From: Thermodesulfobacteriota bacterium
Lineage (GTDB): Bacteria; Desulfobacterota_D; UBA1144; Nemesobacterales; UBA2774
Direction: 5' to 3'
NCBI GenBank assembly: GCA_963422265.1
Contig: OY729416.1
Location: forward strand, 288,001 to 352,000
Length of the DNA stretch: 64,000 nucleotides
Part shown: positions 56,646-64,000 of the stretch, one piece after another
How positions within the stretch are numbered: the first letter of the stretch is position 1
Layout: every line of letters begins with the position of its first letter
Program-made: the position numbers and the translations under genes
Notes under the pieces: generated by a model
Databases searched by the model: none
Seen by the model: only the letters and a program-made list of their open reading frames with translations
What the model was told of the DNA's origin: nothing

Positions 56646-57536
56646 ATGGAATTTGATATTCAAGCCTATCTCTCTTCTAAAAAAAGACTTGTAGATTTAA
56701 GGCTAAAATCTTTGCTTAGGGATTCAAAAGTTCCTCGAACAAAACTTGAAGAATCAATAAGATATAGCGCACTCGCAGGTGGAAAGCGGCTTAGGCCTAT
56801 ACTGTTAATCGCCGCGTGCGAGACTGTAGGGGGAAGAGAAGAAGAGGTGCTGCAGATAGCTTGCGCTATAGAGATGATTCACACTTACTCACTAATTCAC
56901 GACGATCTCCCTTCGATGGATAATGACTCTTTACGTAGAGGGGTTGCTGCAAACCACGTCGTATTTGGCGAGGCGATTGCCATACTCGCAGGCGATGCTC
57001 TACTTACGGACGCTTTTAAGATAATTGTTAGAGAAGGTAGGGCAAGTGGTATAGCGGCCTCTCTCATTTGTGATTTAATATTGGATATATCTTCCGCTGC
57101 GGGTTCGGAAGGAATGATACTGGGACAAGCGATGGATCTCTCGCTTGAAGGGAATGATGATCTTAACATTAGGGAAATTGAGGAGATGCACTCGTTTAAG
57201 ACTGGTGCTATGATTACGGTTTCCGTCGTCGCAGGGGCTAGGATAGGAGGGGCTAGCGGGGAAGAGCTGGTTATGCTAAGGTCTTATGCTATGAATATTG
57301 GTCTCGCTTATCAAATTGTAGATGATATGCTTGATATTGGGGATGGAAGAAGGACGGGTAAAGACAGGGGGGCTGGAGGCGAGGGATTGACTTATACTGA
57401 GCTTTTCGGCGTTGAAAAATCTAGGCAAAGGGTCTTAGAACTTACAGAGTGCGCGCTGGAGGCAATAAAAGGTCTTGGTGATAAGGCGCTCATTCTGAGG
57501 GGAATAGCGCTCTACCTTGGAGGGAGGCAATATTAA
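56646..57536 (+). CDS. ispA: Farnesyl/geranylgeranyl diphosphate synthase
   Basis: GGKRLRP, SLIHDDLPSMDND..RRG, GQAMD, KTG, QIVDDMLD. Confidence 0.92.
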   Translation: MEFDIQAYLSSKKRLVDLRLKSLLRDSKVPRTKLEESIRYSALAGGKRLRPILLIAACETVGGREEEVLQIACAIEMIHTYSLIHDDLPSMDNDSLRRGVAANHVVFGEAIAILAGDALLTDAFKIIVREGRASGIAASLICDLILDISSAAGSEGMILGQAMDLSLEGNDDLNIREIEEMHSFKTGAMITVSVVAGARIGGASGEELVMLRSYAMNIGLAYQIVDDMLDIGDGRRTGKDRGAGGEGLTYTELFGVEKSRQRVLELTECALEAIKGLGDKALILRGIALYLGGRQY

Positions 57537-58284
57537 GGGCGGTGTATCTAGCAAGAGAAAGAGGATTGACGTGCTTCTAGTCGATTTGGATTTAGCTCCT
57601 ACTAGGTCGCGTGCTCGGTCGCTTATAATGGAAGGCGTTGTTTTTGTGGATGGTATGCGGTTAGACAAGGCGGGCGCGGTTGTTAAAGAAAATTCGGATA
57701 TTTCAATTAGAGAGTCTTCACAAAAATACGTGAGCAGGGGTGGTTTTAAGCTCGAGTCCGCGCTTTCAGGGTTTGGCGTTGACGTAGATGGCATGACTGC
57801 GCTTGACATAGGTGCTTCTACTGGAGGTTTTACAGACTGTCTTTTACAAAAGGGGGCTTCTAAGATATATGCGGTTGACGTTGGTTATGGTCAGCTTGAT
57901 TGGAAGCTGAGGAACGATGAGCGTGTGGTTGTAATGGAGAGAGTTAATGCTCGTTACATTAAGCCAGAAGATATAGCCGAGCTTGTTGACGTATTAGTAA
58001 TTGACGTGTCTTTCATATCTGTTACCAAAATTCTCCCGCCAGCCGTCCAGATTCTAAAACCGGGCGGGGTATTAGTTGCCCTTGTTAAGCCTCAGTTTGA
58101 GGTTGGAAAAGGTGAAGTAGGAAAGGGTGGCATTGTGAAAGATGAAAGAAAGCATAAGAGGGTTGTTGAGGAGATTACGGAGTTTACGCTGGGCTTGGGT
58201 TTTAGACTGAAGGGCGTGATTACCTCTCCCTTGTTAGGATCCCGTGGAAATAAAGAGTTTTTGTTGATCATGGTTAGCGACTGA
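57517..58284 (+). CDS. tlyA: TlyA family RNA methyltransferase
   Basis: S4 domain, YVSRGG.KL, DIGASTGGFTD, DVSFIS, LVKPQFE, GNKEFL. Confidence 0.93.
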   Translation: MEGGNIKGGVSSKRKRIDVLLVDLDLAPTRSRARSLIMEGVVFVDGMRLDKAGAVVKENSDISIRESSQKYVSRGGFKLESALSGFGVDVDGMTALDIGASTGGFTDCLLQKGASKIYAVDVGYGQLDWKLRNDERVVVMERVNARYIKPEDIAELVDVLVIDVSFISVTKILPPAVQILKPGGVLVALVKPQFEVGKGEVGKGGIVKDERKHKRVVEEITEFTLGLGFRLKGVITSPLLGSRGNKEFLLIMVSD

Positions 58285-58433
58285 TTTTTTGTTGGGCAAG
58301 GGTGTAGGTTAACCTATACATTTTCAAGGAATAATTAGCTAATTGTTAAATTATAATGTATAATAACTCTGTGTATATTTTAGATGGCTAGTCTCTTTGA
58401 GGAGACAGCCGCTTGGGTTTATAGGTAGAAGCT

Positions 58434-58706
58434 ATGAAAGCAGTTTATAAACATAAGCGTTTAGGCATAGAGTTTCGTATAGTCGGTCTTCTTTTTGAGG
58501 ACGATAGGTACGAGGTGTACCATGCTCGCAATAAGAAGTATGATAGGGACCTTATTCTTCACTTTCCAAAGCGAGAGGGAGGGAGAAAGTTCAACGTTCC
58601 AAAAGTCGATTTTGAGAGGTTTGTAGCCGTAGGTTCGGCTAATACTAAACCTAAAGAGGTTAATCTGCCATGGGAGAGTAAGCCTGATAAGTTAAGGGGC
58701 CACTAG
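58434..58706 (+). CDS. Hypothetical protein
   Basis: 90-aa ORF filling the intergenic gap; no motif recognised. Confidence 0.55.
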   Translation: MKAVYKHKRLGIEFRIVGLLFEDDRYEVYHARNKKYDRDLILHFPKREGGRKFNVPKVDFERFVAVGSANTKPKEVNLPWESKPDKLRGH

Positions 58707-58774
58707 CAGCATGGGACGGTGCATGTAATCCCTTTGTCCTTCTTATAGCCTGGTATTTGTTGATACAGCCCATT

Positions 58775-59479
58775 TCATATCAGCTCCTTTGTGGCTATAT
58801 ATCCGTTGATTAGAAGGGACTTTGAGAATAGGCGGATTTTCCTAAACCCCGTGTTTTCTAACAGCTGAATAGTTTCTTCGTGAGTTATAATGGGAAGGGC
58901 TTCCTTAATGTATTTTATTCTTTTGCGAACCTCTTCCTTGTCTCTTCCCTCAAGCTGGAACGATTCAAATGCGTATAGTAAGGTTTTGAACTCGTCTGAA
59001 TTTTTGTCACCGGTAATGTCGGCGAGTATAAATCTCGCCCCAGGTTTTAGCCTAAGCCATATTTCGTTGAGAAAGTCGTTCTTATCCTTAATCTCTATAA
59101 AGTGCATTACAAGCAAGGATGTCGCTGCATCGAAAGATTCCTGAAACAGGTCTCCTACAGCTCCGTGAACTAATTTAATTCTGTGCTGAAGCCAGAGCTT
59201 AGCTACTTTATGCTTAGCTATTTTAACCATCTCTTCCGCTATATCTAAACCGGTTATTCTCCAGCCTGGATTGTGCGAAGCATAGTTGATGGCTTCATTG
59301 CCCGTCCCAGCGCCTACTACAAGAACGCGAGCCTGCGGAGGTAAAAGAAAGTTTAGCAGGTGGAGAGCCGTGTCGTGCAGCGCCCCGTATCCCGGAATTA
59401 TTTTACCTACGTCCCGATCATAAAAAACTGCCCTTTCGTTAAAACGCCTTATGGGATCAAATTTTTCAGACATAAACAT
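58775..59479 (-). CDS. Class I SAM-dependent methyltransferase (CmoA-like)
   Basis: IPGY, VLVVGAGTG, FDAA..LLVMHF, LKPGA. Confidence 0.88.
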   Translation of the reverse strand: MFMSEKFDPIRRFNERAVFYDRDVGKIIPGYGALHDTALHLLNFLLPPQARVLVVGAGTGNEAINYASHNPGWRITGLDIAEEMVKIAKHKVAKLWLQHRIKLVHGAVGDLFQESFDAATSLLVMHFIEIKDKNDFLNEIWLRLKPGARFILADITGDKNSDEFKTLLYAFESFQLEGRDKEEVRKRIKYIKEALPIITHEETIQLLENTGFRKIRLFSKSLLINGYIATKELI

Positions 59480-59608
59480 CTAGTTTAATTTGTTTATACT
59501 CATAAGTGAAGAGATATGCCTTGAGCTGTGTTTGGGCACGGAAGTATTTAACACAGTCATATTGTGCATAGATCAGGAATTTCTGTTACAATTTATATGG
59601 GGCTAATT

Positions 59609-60016
59609 ATGATTGCAACGCGAAGAGATATTGAAAGCAGAGACGACATAGAAACGTTGATGAAAGGGTTTTATGATCGGATGATACGTGATAACGTAAT
59701 TGGCTTTATTTTTACTCACTACGCTAAGCTTGATCTTGAGAGTCATCTTCCTATCGTAGCTGATTTCTGGGAGACGGTGTTGTTTCAGAAGTCGGTTTAC
59801 AAAAGGGGCCCTAAGGCTATGGAAGTTCACCTAGATCTGAACAAGACGGTTGCTCTTAGGAAGCAGCATTTCATTCGCTGGCTGTATATATTTCACAACA
59901 CTGTTGACGAATTTTTTGAAGGCGTTACAGCAGAGAAAGCAAAGGAAAGGTCTAGCTCCATTGCTAAGCTAATGCAGGACAGGATAGGAGCGCTGCCCGA
60001 CTGCGCTGAGATGTAG
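59609..60016 (+). CDS. Group III truncated hemoglobin
   Basis: DIESRDDI..L..FY..D..IG.IF, HL..DFW, H, HF.RWL.IF..TVD..F.G; start uncertain. Confidence 0.85.
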   Translation: MIATRRDIESRDDIETLMKGFYDRMIRDNVIGFIFTHYAKLDLESHLPIVADFWETVLFQKSVYKRGPKAMEVHLDLNKTVALRKQHFIRWLYIFHNTVDEFFEGVTAEKAKERSSSIAKLMQDRIGALPDCAEM

Positions 60017-60060
60017 TTCTTTGCCCTATTTGATTAACGATAAGGGGAGAAAGTAGTCGT

Positions 60061-60678
60061 TTACTTCTTTCTCGTATATTTGATTTCCATTGCGCGAAAT
60101 TCTTTTCCATCATGGCTTGAGTTAAAGAACTCATATAGGTAGTTGTCCCCATCTACAATTTTAGTTACTCTACGAAATGATTTCTTGCCCTCCACTGGGC
60201 ACGTATAGGTTCCATTCTCAATCATTGTTTTCGTTTTTTTATCGTAACTCCCTGTTGCGGTCATAACTCCCGTTCCCATATTATCAATCCATACGTTCGT
60301 ATATTGCTTGGAAAAGTTGTTGTAGCCTATTATTGCCATGCCTTCAAAGGGGGTTCCCATAGAGGTACCATTGACGTTCATTTCAACGAATCTTCCGCCC
60401 ATTATCCATTTTGCATCGCTGGTTCCATTTGATACCTCGGGAGGGGAGTCCGGCTTCATCCACCAGCTAACCGTGTAGTTCCAGCTTCCTATAAAGTAGC
60501 CAAGCTCTTTATGCGCTTCACCTGGGGTTGCGTAAGCTTGCCATTTAGCCATAAGCTCTTGCTGTGTCGGGTTTAGATTTGGGGCATTTTCTTTTTTCTG
60601 TTGACTAGGACTAGGGCTGTTACAGGCATACATGCAGATTACCACGACTAAAACCATTAGGATCGAAAATTTTCTCAT
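60061..60678 (-). CDS. DUF1579 family lipoprotein
   Basis: Signal peptide with YAC; TPGEAHKEL..GSW, GGRF, W.DNMGTG, MEIKYTR. Confidence 0.8.
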   Translation of the reverse strand: MRKFSILMVLVVVICMYACNSPSPSQQKKENAPNLNPTQQELMAKWQAYATPGEAHKELGYFIGSWNYTVSWWMKPDSPPEVSNGTSDAKWIMGGRFVEMNVNGTSMGTPFEGMAIIGYNNFSKQYTNVWIDNMGTGVMTATGSYDKKTKTMIENGTYTCPVEGKKSFRRVTKIVDGDNYLYEFFNSSHDGKEFRAMEIKYTRKK

Positions 60679-60795
60679 TTTATTTCCTCCTACTTTATTG
60701 TGCATTGTGTAGATTAGTCTACAACTGGCTAGGGTGCAAGCTCAGCTGATAATTTAATATGATTATTAGCTATGGTCTGGCTTAGTAGCGCTTAT

Positions 60796-60823
60796 TTGAC
60801 AAAAAGCTAGTTCTCTGGATAAT
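60796..60823 (+). promoter_or_regulatory. Sigma70-like promoter of rpsT
   Basis: TTGACA-16 nt-GATAAT. Confidence 0.5.
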
Positions 60824-60857
60824 ATTTTATTTATCTTCCAGAGAGGAGTTTTAGTGC

Positions 60858-61127
60858 ATGGCGTCAAGAATTAAATCAGGAATTAAAAAACACCGCCAGA
60901 GCTTGAAGAAGAGGGCTAGAAACACCGCCGTAAAGTCAGAGCTTAAAACCCAGCTCAAAAAATTTGTCAGCGCTTTATCAAATGGAGACGTCGAGTTTGT
61001 TCAAAACACGTTAAGAGAAACTCAGGCTAAACTCAAGAAAGCAGGATCGAAAAGCGTTATAAGTAAAAAGACTGCGGCTAGAAAGGTTTCAAGACTTTCT
61101 AAGTTGGTGTCTCGCTCATTCAATTAG
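60858..61127 (+). CDS. rpsT: 30S ribosomal protein S20
   Basis: KSGIKKHRQS.K.RARN..KS..KT..K ..AARKVSRL. Confidence 0.93.
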   Translation: MASRIKSGIKKHRQSLKKRARNTAVKSELKTQLKKFVSALSNGDVEFVQNTLRETQAKLKKAGSKSVISKKTAARKVSRLSKLVSRSFN

Positions 61128-62130
61128 GTTTTTTTACACATAGATCAAGCGTCAGCTTTGTTAGAGTGAAGTTGCGGGCTATATAGCTTGTCTTGAGCTT
61201 CTTGTCGCACTCGCCTAAGATGCTCATAATGCGCGTTATATCATCGTAGGAAAACTTTTTCTGATCCTCGCTTATATAATAAAAAGCACCTGGAGACATT
61301 TTTAGCTCTCTTAATATTTGGGTTCTAGGAGCTTTCTTCTCGATTAACTCTTTTGCCCTCCACATCAGCCTGAAACGCCATGTGATCCTGCTTAAAATAG
61401 ATAGAGGTTCCTCGCCTTTTGCCTCTAGATCAGCAAGCACCTTGTGGGCGGTGCTTTTATCTCTTTTAGAGATCGCGTTAATAAGTGCAAAAACGTCTTG
61501 GAATTTATTTTTATTTGTGAGTTCAAGGATCGTCTTACCGTCAATTTCCTCACCCTCGCTTTTGTAGGTGGAAAGTTTAATAAGCTCGTTGTTTATTTCC
61601 TGCAGATTGTCTCCGACTAGGGATATGAGCGTCTCTGCCCCGTCTCTAGTGAGGCGGAAGCCCATTTTGCGAGCTTCTTCAATTGCTATTGAAGCCGCGT
61701 TCTTCCCTTTCAAAGAGAAAGTATAACTCAAGGTGTGCGCTTTGTTCTTAATTTTAGGATTCTTGCCGTCAGAGAACATAAGCACAAGGCAAGTGCTAGG
61801 TGAGGGAGAAGCTATGTATTCATCAATAATAGCTATTTCTTGTGATGGAAGCCTATCGGCATTTTTTACTACTAAAACTTTTTTGTCCGAAAACATGGAG
61901 TAAGTACTTGCGTTCCCGACAATTTCGTTACCTGAGGCAGAGTCTCCATAGAGTATGAATAAGTTCGTATCATCGGATTTACCTAGCAATTTAGTTCTTA
62001 GTTTGCTAAGAGCCTGCTCCATTAGATAAATTTGGTCCCCAGTGAATATATATACAGGGACTAATTCGCCTGCTTCTATCTCATTTAAAAAATCGTCAAA
62101 TCCCGCTTTTGAAGAAGCTCTTTTGCTCAT
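61120..62130 (-). CDS. holA: DNA polymerase III subunit delta
   Basis: PVYIF.G..YL, SMFS.KKVLVVK, NELIKL, EEPL.IL, D.KLK; convergent with rpsT. Confidence 0.85.
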   Translation of the reverse strand: MSKRASSKAGFDDFLNEIEAGELVPVYIFTGDQIYLMEQALSKLRTKLLGKSDDTNLFILYGDSASGNEIVGNASTYSMFSDKKVLVVKNADRLPSQEIAIIDEYIASPSPSTCLVLMFSDGKNPKIKNKAHTLSYTFSLKGKNAASIAIEEARKMGFRLTRDGAETLISLVGDNLQEINNELIKLSTYKSEGEEIDGKTILELTNKNKFQDVFALINAISKRDKSTAHKVLADLEAKGEEPLSILSRITWRFRLMWRAKELIEKKAPRTQILRELKMSPGAFYYISEDQKKFSYDDITRIMSILGECDKKLKTSYIARNFTLTKLTLDLCVKKPN

Positions 62131-62215
62131 AGCTATTTCGTGAAATTATATCCTAGCCAACTTGAACTAGCGAGCGGAGTGGAAAGACCTCCTAGCTTTG
62201 TTTAGAATAACTTAA

Positions 62216-62944
62216 ATGAGTTGTAAGAGCGAGAAGTTAGTAAAATATGGTTACATTGGAAGAAAGAACTACAGTGAAGCACTTTCGCTTCAGCGATGTC
62301 TTCACGATTGGCTTGTTGAGTCGGATACGGTGCAGAGTGGATATTTACTTTTACTTGAGCATAATCCGGTTATAACTAACGGTAGGTTTGGAAACATTAA
62401 TAACCTCAAGCTCTCAATGCACGAAATTGAGAAAAAGGGAGTGCGCGTTTACGGCACAAGCCGGGGTGGCGATCTTACTTATCACGGTCCAGGACAACTC
62501 GTCGCTTATCCAATTATTAGTCTAAGAAAGCTCGGGCTAGGGGTTAAATCCTACGTGTCATCGCTCGAAGAAGTAGTGATTAAAGTATTAAATGAATATG
62601 GTATAGATGGCAAGAGGCGAGAAGGGTTTCCAGGGGTCTGGACTAGGGGGGCTAAGATCGCCTCAGTAGGAATTTCCATAGAAAGGGGCGTAACTATGCA
62701 CGGCGCGGCACTTAACGTTAATACCGATCTTTCATATTTTTCACTTATGGCTCCTTGTGGAATTTCGGACGTCAGCGTTACTTCAATGGAGGCAATACTT
62801 GGCTCGCCGCAGGATATGGAAATTATCGCTCAATCTTTCGCCAAATGCTTTAGAAGGGAACTAGGCGTCAAATTAGACCCATCCTTTGACTCTCAAGAAC
62901 CTTTTGCGGATCTTCACGACGTTACCCATAGTTCCTTACTCTAA
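62216..62944 (+). CDS. lipB: Lipoyl(octanoyl) transferase
   Basis: [38 protein letters not shown]. Confidence 0.94.
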   Translation: MSCKSEKLVKYGYIGRKNYSEALSLQRCLHDWLVESDTVQSGYLLLLEHNPVITNGRFGNINNLKLSMHEIEKKGVRVYGTSRGGDLTYHGPGQLVAYPIISLRKLGLGVKSYVSSLEEVVIKVLNEYGIDGKRREGFPGVWTRGAKIASVGISIERGVTMHGAALNVNTDLSYFSLMAPCGISDVSVTSMEAILGSPQDMEIIAQSFAKCFRRELGVKLDPSFDSQEPFADLHDVTHSSLL

Positions 62945-63361
62945 ACCGTTGTAAATCTCAATTGCATTGAAGAAATAATTTATCTCAAAGTCCGCTGATT
63001 CAGGAGAGTCTGAGCCATGAACCGTATTTTCCTCTATATTCGTCGCAAATTCTTTCCTTATGGTGCCGCTTGCCGCTTCTTCAGGATTAGTAGCTCCCAT
63101 TATATTTCTTACTTTGGAAATAGCTTTTTCCCCTTCTAAGACCATAACCACCACGGGACCTCTTGACATAAAGTCGGTAAGATCTCCATAAAATGGTTTT
63201 TCCTTGTGAGCTATGTAGAACCCCTCGGCGTCTTCTTTCGTAAGCTTTAGCATTTTTATAGCGATTACTTTAATCCTGTTCTTCTCAAATCTCGATATTA
63301 TCTCACCTATAACGTTTTTTTCCGTTCCGTCAGGTTTTACAATCGACAGCGTGCGCTCCAT
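62936..63361 (-). CDS. ndk: Nucleoside-diphosphate kinase
   Basis: [29 protein letters not shown]. Confidence 0.97.
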   Translation of the reverse strand: MERTLSIVKPDGTEKNVIGEIISRFEKNRIKVIAIKMLKLTKEDAEGFYIAHKEKPFYGDLTDFMSRGPVVVMVLEGEKAISKVRNIMGATNPEEAASGTIRKEFATNIEENTVHGSDSPESADFEINYFFNAIEIYNGLE

Positions 63362-63542
63362 GTTTGCTTCTCCCTATACTTGGTTTAGATGATTTTTGCT
63401 CGTTATTTTTTCCTTACTTTTCATTTTGTCAAATTGTAAACAACTTGGAAAACTGCGAATTCGCCCTGTATTAATCTTGACAACTATTAAATGTTGACAA
63501 TATAGTGGGTTAGTGCACACTCATAATTTGCCAGAAGGGAAT

Positions 63543-64000
63543 ATGAGTCACCTTAATTTTTCTTATTTAAATTCCGAATTTGGAGAGATATATATCGTAG
63601 CAAGGACCTACGGAGCTTCTAAAGTAATTTTTGGACGAGATAGGTTCAAGGAATTTCAGAACGGCATGGAAGGGACGCGAATTATAGAGGGTGGTGGAAT
63701 CGCTGAAGAATTGTGCCAAGAAATCGGACTTTATCTTGAAGGCAGACTTTCAAAATTCAAAACCAAGCTACAGATTGTGCAGGGGACGCCGTTTCAAAGG
63801 GCTGTGTGGAAAAAACTCATCGGTATCCCATATGGTTGCTTGATTACTTATAAAGGAATGGCAAGGCAGTTAGGAAGACCCAATGCGGCAAGGGCGGTAG
63901 GGAACGCCATAGGGGCGAATCCCCTACCAATAGTTGTGCCATGCCATAGGGTGTTGGGTTCTAAAGGTATAGGTGGTTATTCTTGTGGGATTCATGTAAA
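63543..64000 (+). CDS. ogt: Methylated-DNA--protein-cysteine methyltransferase (runs off the window end)
   Basis: Own translation from ATG 63543: GTPFQRAVW..IPYG..ITY..AARAVGNA.GANP.PIVVPCHRV. Confidence 0.92.
   Translation, partial: MSHLNFSYLNSEFGEIYIVARTYGASKVIFGRDRFKEFQNGMEGTRIIEGGGIAEELCQEIGLYLEGRLSKFKTKLQIVQGTPFQRAVWKKLIGIPYGCLITYKGMARQLGRPNAARAVGNAIGANPLPIVVPCHRVLGSKGIGGYSCGIHV

Overview
Bacterial chromosomal window, mostly AT-leaning housekeeping DNA with a Deltaproteobacteria-like gene order (lineage inferred, not proven). It holds the rimP-nusA-infB-DUF503-rbfA-nrnA-truB-rpsO-pnp operon, miaA, cytochrome c maturation genes, mrp/sufT, two PTPS paralogues plus folE, hemA-hemC, tRNA-fMet, cstA, an RND pump, xseB-ispA-tlyA, rpsT/holA, lipB, ndk and a partial ogt. 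nuoF and nuoM occur as isolated genes. The dominant accessory feature is a ~19.4 kb, compositionally foreign gene (15885-35298) for a giant modular autotransporter-like adhesin of about 6,400 aa. Its parts are a signal peptide, 9+3 Calx-beta/cadherin-like repeats, 9 FN3 repeats, ~29+8 copies of a 95-aa Ig-like repeat and a C-terminal beta-barrel. A C22 homopolymer just after its likely start codon puts it out of frame (candidate phase-variation switch), and two clusters of indels interrupt it (probably assembly errors). Other oddities: a decaying type II R-M pair (intact m4C MTase, doubly frameshifted endonuclease), a DnaQ-WYL fusion, a VNTR lipoprotein, an orphan sorting-signal fragment and several REP-like palindromes. 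No CRISPR array, integrase, transposase or reverse transcriptase was seen.
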